Source: a virus | Lineage: Duplodnaviria; Caudoviricetes | Virus record (IMG/VR): IMGVR_UViG_3300022697_000076 | Location: 1 to 49,270 of that record | Direction: 5' to 3' (one strand) | DNA: 49,270 nucleotides | In this document: one piece after another, positions 1 to 8,778 of the stretch | How positions within the stretch are numbered: position 1 is the stretch's first letter | How the letters are laid out: the number at the start of each line of letters is the position of its first letter | Notes under the pieces: generated by a model | What the model was told of the DNA's origin: nothing | The model's input: the letters and a program-made list of their open reading frames with translations, nothing else | The model's database searches: none | Translations under genes and position numbers: made by a program

Positions 1-99
1 ATTGCTTAATTTTTAACCCATAAACTATAAAATAGGAGTAAGTTATGAGTGATGTTTGGAAACCAGTATCTTATACGATACGAAAAGGTAGGCCTGAAG
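1..99. repeat. 99-bp terminal direct repeat (copy 1), most likely assembly overlap of a circular contig
   Basis: Bases 1-99 are identical to 49172-49270 and ORFs run continuously across the join. Confidence 0.95.
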
Positions 100-482
100 G
101 GTTTAAATTTACTATTGATATTGATGGTAAATCTGAAATGGTAGTATTTAAAAATAACCTCTATGCATGTCCTACTGCTGAACATGAAGCTGCAATTGGG
201 GCTTTAATGCATAAACCACAATTTACGCAAAATATCCAAAAAGTAGATTTGGCGTCTGGTGAAGCAATTGCAAGAGCTCATATGCAAGCTCAGAAAGTTT
301 CTGCTGCAAAAGGGGGATTAACTTCTGAACTTGCAAAAGGGTTAGAGAACCAAATTGCAGCTGAGGATTTAACTGCAATTAAAGAAGCTACTGATGCTCT
401 TGAAAAAGAAAATCTTGTTGTGACTGAAACTGTAGTGCCCCCTGCAGCTGGTGGTGTATCTTTAAAACTAGGCGGTAATTAG
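45..482 (+). CDS. Hypothetical protein in virion gene cluster
   Basis: 145-aa ORF with AGGAG RBS, located between capsid and tail genes. Confidence 0.75.
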   Translation: MSDVWKPVSYTIRKGRPEGFKFTIDIDGKSEMVVFKNNLYACPTAEHEAAIGALMHKPQFTQNIQKVDLASGEAIARAHMQAQKVSAAKGGLTSELAKGLENQIAAEDLTAIKEATDALEKENLVVTETVVPPAAGGVSLKLGGN

Positions 483-484
483 AA

Positions 485-1168
485 ATGGCAGTTGAGACTA
501 GTACATTCTCTGCATTAATAGATGAGGCTCGTTTACGTTCTGGACGTGTAGATAGAACTTCAGATATAGTATCTTATGCAAGAACTACAATGCGTGAATG
601 TACAGTCTTAGCTGAATTTTCTCAAAATACAATTGAAGGCACTTTTACTGTAACTGCTGTACCTCATATACTAACAAGATTTGCAAATTTTCGTAAATGG
701 GAAGCTCTGCAATATCCGTATTTTGATAGGCAAAAAGGCTTCCCTATTTATGCTAAAGAGAAAAAACCAGGATTTGCACAAAATACAGATAATACATATT
801 GGTTTTATCGCGCAGGCAATTCTTTTGTTTTTAATGGACTTGCAATAGGTGATATAGTTAAGTATGCCTTCCAAGGGTATTTACCTAAATTAGCCTACTA
901 TTTGCAAGTTGCAGATAGACCTGCAACTTATGATTTAGAAACAGAGCTTTGGAGTTACCATGCAGATTATACAGGTAATGCTACACTTAATCAGCAAGGT
1001 GAAGATAAAGTAACTAATTGGATGTTGTTTAATTGGTATGATTTAGTATTAGAAGGCACTCTTGCAAAGTTATATAAAACTGTTGCTGATGAAAGACAGA
1101 GAGCTAGTTTTGCACTTTATAAGCAACAACAAAAAGACCTTTTGCAAGGTGAGAGTATGTCTATTTAA
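485..1168 (+). CDS. Probable head-tail adaptor / tail tubular protein A
   Basis: 227 aa; size and position after capsid genes and before nozzle gene fit podovirus synteny. Confidence 0.55.
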   Translation: MAVETSTFSALIDEARLRSGRVDRTSDIVSYARTTMRECTVLAEFSQNTIEGTFTVTAVPHILTRFANFRKWEALQYPYFDRQKGFPIYAKEKKPGFAQNTDNTYWFYRAGNSFVFNGLAIGDIVKYAFQGYLPKLAYYLQVADRPATYDLETELWSYHADYTGNATLNQQGEDKVTNWMLFNWYDLVLEGTLAKLYKTVADERQRASFALYKQQQKDLLQGESMSI

Positions 1169-1413
1169 TGGCAACTGCAAATGATATAGATGTAGATTTT
1201 AGCGTTGATAAAGATCAGCAAGAATTGCATCTGGAAAGAAATTTTAGATTAATACGTGGTATACTTACAGCTCATTTTGATGATGATAATATAGTTGCCG
1301 GTAATACTAGATTTTTATTATATGATGTAGATAATGCTCAATTTGAACGTGTAACTGTAGGTATTGCAGATTCTGGTGGTGTAGGATTTAAACTTTTAAG
1401 GATACCAAATTAA
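1168..1413 (+). CDS. Hypothetical virion-associated protein
   Basis: 81 aa, coupled to both neighbours by TAATG overlaps. Confidence 0.6.
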   Translation: MATANDIDVDFSVDKDQQELHLERNFRLIRGILTAHFDDDNIVAGNTRFLLYDVDNAQFERVTVGIADSGGVGFKLLRIPN

Positions 1414-1889
1414 TGAGTTTATGTGGTGAATATTTAGAGTATAACAAGGGAGGATTGATAAAGAATATCATACCTAATACTGTTGTGCAACAAGGGCAAA
1501 TACGCTTTTATGAGGCAGTCTTTCAAAATGCTTCTGCAGGTAGACCTATGGGTACTCTTGAGATTGCATTAATTGATGAAGTTCCCGGTTATAGTGGTTT
1601 AATAGCTGCAATTACAACTGAACCCACTGTAACTAATGGGTATGCACGGCAATCATTAACTGCTGTAATTGCAAATTGGACTGTAGATACTATTAATGGT
1701 GAGGGCAGAGTTACATCTGCAATTGTTACATTTACGGCTGCCGGGGGTAATTTTTCTCGTACATATTCAAGATACATGTTAAGTGAAGTTGGAGCTGAGA
1801 TTATATCCTACTCTTCCCCAATTACTGCTCCACGTTTAGTCTTAGACACAGAGTCAGTTAATGTTGCATATAGGATGTTTAATGCCTAA
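1413..1889 (+). CDS. Putative tail-associated structural protein
   Basis: 158 aa; EPTVTNGYARQ...VTFTAAGG motif resembles small phage tail proteins. Confidence 0.55.
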   Translation: MSLCGEYLEYNKGGLIKNIIPNTVVQQGQIRFYEAVFQNASAGRPMGTLEIALIDEVPGYSGLIAAITTEPTVTNGYARQSLTAVIANWTVDTINGEGRVTSAIVTFTAAGGNFSRTYSRYMLSEVGAEIISYSSPITAPRLVLDTESVNVAYRMFNA

Positions 1890-3844
1890 TGCCTAGAGTT
1901 GCTCCACAAAAAATTGATGGATTGACATTTGCAATCGATAGAAAGACTGTTGATAAAGTGGTTACAGTTGAAGGTAAAAACTTCATTGTAGATTTAGATG
2001 GGCCAAGAAGTGTATTTGCACATTCACGTTCTGGCAGACAAACTAGTTTTTTCTCTTTTCCAGAAAGCTTTACCATTGGTTTAGAGACTTTTCAATTTAT
2101 GCGAGATTTAAATACCAATACATTTGGTATATTTCAATTTAATTGGATTAAGCGTCAATGGGAATTGATTTTAGATTTTGCAATGACACCAGCTTACAAT
2201 ACGTATAAAACAACTCATGCGTTAGTTGGAGGGAAACAGTATTTTGCAAATAGAGCCTGGGGAGTTTATGAAAGAAATCCTGTTACTAATGTATGGACTA
2301 ATGTTACATCCAATTTTCCAACAAATGTGTTTTTTATAACTGAATCTGCAGGGCGTTGTATTGCACTTGCAGAGGGAATTTCAGCTTGGAGTGCATTAGA
2401 TAATGCAAATGATTTTGTACCAAGTACATCTACAGGTGCAGGATTTCAAAGTTTAAGTTTAATTGGGTTTCCTGAAAATGATTTTGATTATCGTGGATTA
2501 GAGAAAGTTGCAGATGGGTTTTTAACATTTATGCGACAAGGCATTATGAAGTCAACTTCGATTGATAGTATTATACAGTTTAGGCATAGAGTTATTGATA
2601 CAGATAGAATAGTTTTTAACCCTTGGTGTATTGTAAGATTAGAAACTAATACGTTAGTTTTTTTAACTGCGCAGGGATTTTATCTAACTAATGGTCAAGA
2701 GTTTCAACCATGGCAACCACTTATTAGTGAAGAATTAAAGCTAAATATATTACCTAGATTAAAACAGGATGTTAATGGGCAAATACAGTTATATTATAGT
2801 AAAGAACGTAATTGGTTTTTTATGTCTATAACTGAAAATACATCTAGTAATATATTCGAGTCTGCATTTGTATCTTATCTACCTCGTGGAGAATGGGGCA
2901 AATTTAATGCTTTACATGCGGGATTTATAAATATAGATATATTAGGTGATGGTAGTGGATTCCAGCAAGAACAGTTAGCCTATATAACAGTTGATGGTGA
3001 AGTTGCACTTTTTCAAGAAAATATTAATCATGTTGAGATTGCAGCTGCCGCAGATAGTTCTGCAAGTGGCATACAAAACTCAGTTTATTATTCAGATGAA
3101 CTTTATGATGTACCCCTAGTTAAATTGAGTGCAAATGAAATTGCAAATTGTAATCAACGTATGACAGCTGATTGGTTTGTTCATGATAATCTTGCAGCAG
3201 AGCATAGACCTGTACCTGCAGTCCCTGGCTTTTATGAGGTAAACGGACTACAGCAATTAATAACAGATGCTGATACTGTAATACCTGCATATAAATTTTA
3301 TGATGATATAAATGAGATTGCAATATCACAACAAACTAACATAAGAGATGAGGCTTTAGTATATGGGCACTTAAAGCAGGATTTAGTTTTTAAATCTCTT
3401 GATGCAAGATTAGTTATAGGGTTATTTAGATTAACAGATGAACAACAAAGTGACCAACTAAGTTTTATTAGTAATGTAGCTATATCAATGACAGATGCAG
3501 ATACAGCAGGTTCTACATTTGAAGATTATTTAAATGGCTTTACCCCAGATTTAATTACTGATTGGTTAAATGATTTTACTACAGATATAATTGAAGACTG
3601 GGGTTTAAATGCAAGTAGTTCATCTAACTATGAGGCATCTATATTTGGAAGTTTAGATGGATATAAAGAGTTTTCTGCCAATAAGCTTGCTTTAGATTTA
3701 GCAAAAACTGAAGGCAGAACTAGATTTTATTCTACTAGTGTGCAAGGTATATACATATTGGTAGAGATTAATGCAAATGCAATTGATGATTATGTACATT
3801 TGCATCATATAGAATTAACTGGTATTTTGTCTGGGAGATTATAG
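1889..3844 (+). CDS. Probable tail nozzle / tail tubular protein B
   Basis: 651 aa, beta-rich, positioned between adaptor and fibre genes. Confidence 0.6.
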   Translation: MPRVAPQKIDGLTFAIDRKTVDKVVTVEGKNFIVDLDGPRSVFAHSRSGRQTSFFSFPESFTIGLETFQFMRDLNTNTFGIFQFNWIKRQWELILDFAMTPAYNTYKTTHALVGGKQYFANRAWGVYERNPVTNVWTNVTSNFPTNVFFITESAGRCIALAEGISAWSALDNANDFVPSTSTGAGFQSLSLIGFPENDFDYRGLEKVADGFLTFMRQGIMKSTSIDSIIQFRHRVIDTDRIVFNPWCIVRLETNTLVFLTAQGFYLTNGQEFQPWQPLISEELKLNILPRLKQDVNGQIQLYYSKERNWFFMSITENTSSNIFESAFVSYLPRGEWGKFNALHAGFINIDILGDGSGFQQEQLAYITVDGEVALFQENINHVEIAAAADSSASGIQNSVYYSDELYDVPLVKLSANEIANCNQRMTADWFVHDNLAAEHRPVPAVPGFYEVNGLQQLITDADTVIPAYKFYDDINEIAISQQTNIRDEALVYGHLKQDLVFKSLDARLVIGLFRLTDEQQSDQLSFISNVAISMTDADTAGSTFEDYLNGFTPDLITDWLNDFTTDIIEDWGLNASSSSNYEASIFGSLDGYKEFSANKLALDLAKTEGRTRFYSTSVQGIYILVEINANAIDDYVHLHHIELTGILSGRL

Positions 3845-3847
3845 ATT

Positions 3848-5038
3848 ATGGCAAAGCGGGTACAAAGGGTAGGGCATGAAACTGCAGCTGCTAATGCATT
3901 TACAGGTTTAGAGCGGGAGATTACAGTTGATTTAGGTAAAAAGTCTGTACGTGTTCATGATGGTTTGACACCCGGAGGTGTTATTGTAGCTAGAGAGGAT
4001 TTGTCTACAAGTCCTGCAGCTATAGGTGGCACTAATGATGGCAAAATGACAGCTGCACAAGCTACTGAACTTGCAAATGCAACTGCAAAAGATGCAGTGC
4101 AAGATGCTAATATAGCTACAAATGTTACTGGCATAGCAACTAATGTTACTAATATAGCAACTAATACAGGCAATATAGCTACAAATACAACTAATATAGC
4201 TACAAATACGTCTGGAATATCTACTAATACGGGTAACATTGCAACTAATACTAGTGGTATAGCTACAAATGTTGTTAACATTGCAACTAATACAGCTAAT
4301 ATATTAACTAATACTAGTGGTATTTCTACTAATACTGGTAATATAGTAACTAATACTAATTCTATAGCCACTTTAACTAATGGCATAATAACTGCTATAC
4401 CTTTAACAGCAGGAACTGCACTTGCATACACTGCTGTTTTAGGGATAAATAGTTATGTAACTGGAACTGTTTATAAAGTTAGGATACATGCTACTAATAC
4501 AGGGCCTGCATTTATATCTTTAGATGGACTTCCATCAACACAGATTAGATTTGCAAGACTTTCAGGTGAACACACTTTAATTGCAGGTGAATTACCAGTG
4601 AACTCTATAGCAGAGCTTTTGTACTTAGGAGGGTTTTTTTATTTACAAAATGTTGCAGAGGTTACAGGCACTTATACAGCAGTTCTAACTACTGGAGCTG
4701 GGAGTATAACTTTAGGTAATGATCAATTAGACTATAGAGTAAAGGAATCTCTATGTACTATATTAGGTAGAATAACGGTATCTGCTATATCTGCTCCTAG
4801 CGGGGTTTTAAATATTAATACCCCTATACTTAAACTTGGTGCAGCTAATGATAGTACATCACAAATTATGCATCAATCTTTAGGTACAGCTACAGCTTTA
4901 GGTCTTGTGATGAGAGATGTAGGTATTAGTACAATAGAGATAGCAGAACTTACAACTACATCTATTAATCTGTCGATAGCTAATTTTTTAATCGTGAATT
5001 CAGCACTTACCTTTTCTCATACTTATAGGATTAGATAG
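3848..5038 (+). CDS. Tail fibre with Mtd_N-like anchor, coiled-coil heptads and C-terminal head
   Basis: N-terminus FTGLEREITVDLGKKSVRVHDGLTPGG resembles the Bordetella phage BPP-1 Mtd N-terminal domain; followed by NIATNT heptads. Confidence 0.8.
   Translation: MAKRVQRVGHETAAANAFTGLEREITVDLGKKSVRVHDGLTPGGVIVAREDLSTSPAAIGGTNDGKMTAAQATELANATAKDAVQDANIATNVTGIATNVTNIATNTGNIATNTTNIATNTSGISTNTGNIATNTSGIATNVVNIATNTANILTNTSGISTNTGNIVTNTNSIATLTNGIITAIPLTAGTALAYTAVLGINSYVTGTVYKVRIHATNTGPAFISLDGLPSTQIRFARLSGEHTLIAGELPVNSIAELLYLGGFFYLQNVAEVTGTYTAVLTTGAGSITLGNDQLDYRVKESLCTILGRITVSAISAPSGVLNINTPILKLGAANDSTSQIMHQSLGTATALGLVMRDVGISTIEIAELTTTSINLSIANFLIVNSALTFSHTYRIR
4109..4381 (+). repeat. 13 degenerate 21-bp repeats encoding (N/G)IATNTx heptads
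   Basis: NIATNVT GIATNVT NIATNTG ... SIATLTN visible in translation. Confidence 0.9.
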
Positions 5039-5048
5039 TAAAACTATT

Positions 5049-5432
5049 ATGCCATCACACACAAAAAACAAAGCTGCAGAGGCTCAAGCAAGGTTTGACC
5101 AATTAAGAGGTCAATCATTTGCAAAACAGCAGGATGCAACTCTACGTAAAAGGATGAACCTTTTTGAAGAAAATAAGAAGTTTAATTCTCAAATATCTTC
5201 TAATAGTAGCTCTACAGAATCACCTTTTAGTCCTGCAAATATACCACAAAACACAGCTGCAAATGCTCAGTTTGCTAATCAATCAGTGCAGGATAATGAA
5301 AAAACTAATAATAGTAAAAAGCAACTAGCTGCAACTAATCGTTCCAAAGCTGATGCAGTTAGAAAGGCAAATACACCTGCAATTAAACAAGCAGATATAC
5401 GGCAACAACCTTTATTTAATCTAGGATTTTAA
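5049..5432 (+). CDS. Putative small internal virion protein
   Basis: 127 aa, polar, low complexity, directly before ejection-protein genes. Confidence 0.5.
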   Translation: MPSHTKNKAAEAQARFDQLRGQSFAKQQDATLRKRMNLFEENKKFNSQISSNSSSTESPFSPANIPQNTAANAQFANQSVQDNEKTNNSKKQLAATNRSKADAVRKANTPAIKQADIRQQPLFNLGF

Positions 5433-5434
5433 TC

Positions 5435-6625
5435 ATGTTTAAATTTAAGTTTATAAAGCAATTTGGTGGCTCAGTTGGTGGAGGCACTAGTTCTGGTACT
5501 AATGAAAGTCGAGGTACAAGAAAGGGTCAAGCTACAGATAAAACTAATACTAAACAAACTGGCACTCAAACAGGGCGTAATGAAAGTACTGGGCAAACTT
5601 CACAGCAACGAGATTCAACTACTAGTGCTACAGGCTCAAAAACTGGTACTTCTGCAACACAACAGGATTCAAGAACTCGTGGTAGTACTGCTACACAAGG
5701 TAATGTTAATACAACAGGTGCGACTACAACGGCTCAAAATAATCGACAACAAGCTAATGTGTCTGGTGCTACAAGAGGGGCTACAAGTGGTAGTACTGCT
5801 AGCACTGCTCAGAGTCAATTGCAGCAAACATTATCATCTCTTGATGCAGGTACACAAGAGCAGTTAGGTAATTTAATAGGAGCTATAGGTTCACCGGGAG
5901 ATGCAGGGACTTTACAATCTCTATTAACAAATAGAGCATTATCTGCTGATGCGAGTTTATCTGCAGATACAGATGCAATTGTGGCTGCATCAAGACGTTC
6001 TGGTGGTAAGGAGATTGCTAAAAGTTCTACAGCTTTAGCTAAATCAGCTGGCAGTACTCAAAATTCGTTAGTTGCACAGATAGGTTTAGAGGCACAAGTT
6101 GATTTGGAAACTGAATTAGCAGCACTAAAAGGGTCTTTAAATACACAAAATAGACAGACTGCTACTTCTGAACTGCAAGGGGCTTTAGATAGTTCTATAG
6201 GTGGCGTATCTAATATAGCAAATATACTTAAAGGTGCAACACAAACTACAGAGCAAACTTCTGCACAAAGTAATGCACAAAATAACTCTCAAATAAATAA
6301 CCAAAATAACAGTCAAGCTACAACTACTGTAGGAGCTACTACTGGCAGTGCAACATCAAGACAAAATCAAGTTAATCAATCTACACAGTTAGTAGATCAA
6401 TCAACTCAAAGTCAAACTGCAACTCAAACGCAAGAACAAACGCAACAATTAACTTCTGCACTTGAGAGTATATTAGGAACTTCAAGCTCAGTTGATATAA
6501 GTAAGCTAGTTAATGATTTAGTTTCATCTACAGATAGGCAAAGGACAATTGAAGAAGCTTTTCAATCTAGTGGTAATACACAAGGTCAAAAAATTGGTGG
6601 TGGTATTTCAGCGGGGTTTAGTTAA
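5435..6625 (+). CDS. Putative internal virion (ejection) protein, T/Q/S/G-rich
   Basis: 396 aa low-complexity protein with GG-rich ends; podovirus ejection-gene position. Confidence 0.6.
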   Translation: MFKFKFIKQFGGSVGGGTSSGTNESRGTRKGQATDKTNTKQTGTQTGRNESTGQTSQQRDSTTSATGSKTGTSATQQDSRTRGSTATQGNVNTTGATTTAQNNRQQANVSGATRGATSGSTASTAQSQLQQTLSSLDAGTQEQLGNLIGAIGSPGDAGTLQSLLTNRALSADASLSADTDAIVAASRRSGGKEIAKSSTALAKSAGSTQNSLVAQIGLEAQVDLETELAALKGSLNTQNRQTATSELQGALDSSIGGVSNIANILKGATQTTEQTSAQSNAQNNSQINNQNNSQATTTVGATTGSATSRQNQVNQSTQLVDQSTQSQTATQTQEQTQQLTSALESILGTSSSVDISKLVNDLVSSTDRQRTIEEAFQSSGNTQGQKIGGGISAGFS

Positions 6626-8761
6626 ATGGCAAGACATACAGACAAAGGTACAGAAAGATCACTGGATATATTTACAGCTGCACAGCCAAAATTAAGCTCA
6701 AACGTTGTGCAAACTGCTGAAAGTAATCAGCTAGACGCAAATATGTTTGTTGAATTTACACAAAAAAGGGATGGCTTGCAGAAGTCAATAGAAGCCTCAG
6801 AAACCTCTTATGGTAGAATGTCGTCTGACTTATTAGATCAAAATGATAATCTACAAGGAGAAATTAATAAAGCTTTTAATAATCCATTTTATGATTTAAT
6901 GGCTGCATTTAGTGACGACCGTAGTACTGATGAGTTGCTTCAAGAGCAGCGTAGATTAGCTATGCAGTTATCAAGAGTAAATACACAAAATATAAAAGCT
7001 ACTGCAACTATACAAAGTGATATTGATCGTGAAAGTCAAAAGTTTCAAGACCAAATAGGTTTATCTAAGCTACTGGAAGAAGGTGCAGATAAGCAAGTTA
7101 CTGCTTTAGAAAATGTAACTAAGTTAGAAGAGGCTGCAACTGCATTTGAAATTAGTAAGCTAGAAAGAAAATCTGTTAATATGTTGCAGTTAGAATTGCA
7201 AGACTCTAATTCAATATTTAGCCCAGGTTTAACTCGTAGTGTACTTAATGCAAAAATTAATGATAATCTACTAACACAGACTGCACAATTAAAACTAAAA
7301 TTTGGTAGTGTTACAAAAGCTCAAGTGCTTGGCAGTATATCAAAAGACCAAATGGTTGAAATAGTAAAGAATATGAAAAATTTAGGTGTAACATCCCAGC
7401 CGTTTAATGGAGTAATTATACCTATAGGAGATTTTACAAAAGCTATTGCAGTAAAACAAAAAGATTTTGAGCGCGATATTAATATATTTAATACACTTAG
7501 TAGTGATGCTTTAGCCTCAATAGATTTGCAGCCTGATGCTCAAGCATTTGCAGATACAATTGATTCAAAGAGTTTAAGTTTAGAGTCTCAAGTCCAAATG
7601 CAAGCTGCTGCTGTAACTATAGAGTTCAATCAAAAAATACAAAGACGTAATGCAGATATCCTCGCAAATGGAGGCGAATTATCAGATAGGGATAAATTAA
7701 TGATGATTCGTTCAGGTAAACAAGCCGCTGAGTTATTAAGTGTAACTAAAGATAGAGCGGCTACTGAAAAAGCAAATGCAATTAGTAGCAATCCAGATAC
7801 ACAAAAGGCGCTCAAAAACTATTATATGGCAAATGGCAGGTTTAATAGTGCTAGAGAAGCTCAAACTGTAGGAATAGAGCTTTTAGCGACAAGTACTCCT
7901 GAAGCTGTAGGCTCTCAGGCAGGAGGAGTATTTCAACAAACTGTAACTGAGTTTGCTACACTCATGCAAGATAGGATTGATAGCAATTTTGATAATAATT
8001 TTAATCCTGATAAGCCATCAACAAGTAAAACAGGTACTAAATTAAACGTAAATATAGAAGATTTTTTTAAAGGTCAGCCAGCGAATAAAAAATTAAGCTC
8101 TGTAGAGTGGCTAAGGGCGCTACGTGAACCCGCCGTAGATAAAGAAGGTAAACCTATATTGCCGGGTACAGGTCTGGAAACAAACAAATGGAAATCTGGA
8201 TTTGTTAATTCAGCTTTTGCATTACAGATAGACCAAGGGATATCAGAGTTTATAACATCAGATGCAATTAAGTTACAGCCAAAAATAATAGACTTACTTA
8301 CAACAAGTGGTGGCAGATTAAAAGATAAATATTTAAATTCAAGTGATACACTTAAGTCTATTATATCAGACCTTGCAACTCTTAATGCTACTGATATAGT
8401 AGATGAGAAAGTTAATGGAGAAACAGACTATGCTGCAATGTTTATACAAACTATGAAATCCGCCTCTATAATGAATATTGGTGTTAATGCATTTACTAGA
8501 AGTAAAGACCCATTTTTAAATTCAATGTTTAGAAATTTATATGGCGATAGGGATTTAAGTACAATTGCTGGGGGGTATTTAAAGAAGTATGAAAACAAAT
8601 TAAGCTCTATATCAACTAAAGAGTTAGTTAACAATAAGGTACTTAAATTGATTGATACTTCAGAGCAAAATTCAGGTTTATCTTCTCTAGTTCCAGAAAA
8701 AGTAGGACAGTTCTTTAATAATGAAGTTGATATACTTGGACGTACATTAAATATAGAATAA
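6626..8761 (+). CDS. Putative internal virion (ejection) protein
   Basis: 711 aa, helical/coiled-coil character, precedes the largest gene. Confidence 0.55.
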   Translation: MARHTDKGTERSLDIFTAAQPKLSSNVVQTAESNQLDANMFVEFTQKRDGLQKSIEASETSYGRMSSDLLDQNDNLQGEINKAFNNPFYDLMAAFSDDRSTDELLQEQRRLAMQLSRVNTQNIKATATIQSDIDRESQKFQDQIGLSKLLEEGADKQVTALENVTKLEEAATAFEISKLERKSVNMLQLELQDSNSIFSPGLTRSVLNAKINDNLLTQTAQLKLKFGSVTKAQVLGSISKDQMVEIVKNMKNLGVTSQPFNGVIIPIGDFTKAIAVKQKDFERDINIFNTLSSDALASIDLQPDAQAFADTIDSKSLSLESQVQMQAAAVTIEFNQKIQRRNADILANGGELSDRDKLMMIRSGKQAAELLSVTKDRAATEKANAISSNPDTQKALKNYYMANGRFNSAREAQTVGIELLATSTPEAVGSQAGGVFQQTVTEFATLMQDRIDSNFDNNFNPDKPSTSKTGTKLNVNIEDFFKGQPANKKLSSVEWLRALREPAVDKEGKPILPGTGLETNKWKSGFVNSAFALQIDQGISEFITSDAIKLQPKIIDLLTTSGGRLKDKYLNSSDTLKSIISDLATLNATDIVDEKVNGETDYAAMFIQTMKSASIMNIGVNAFTRSKDPFLNSMFRNLYGDRDLSTIAGGYLKKYENKLSSISTKELVNNKVLKLIDTSEQNSGLSSLVPEKVGQFFNNEVDILGRTLNIE

Positions 8762-8778
8762 ATTAAAGGAAATTTATT

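Noticed and set aside
1880-1895. TAATGCC tandem duplication at a gene junction
   Set aside because: Only 7 bp; explained by stop/start coupling or chance
4109-4381. CRISPR-like array
   Set aside because: Degenerate in-frame 21-bp coding repeats with no unique spacers
3848-5038. Diversity-generating retroelement suggested by the Mtd-like N-terminus
   Set aside because: No reverse transcriptase ORF, and I saw no template/variable repeat pair
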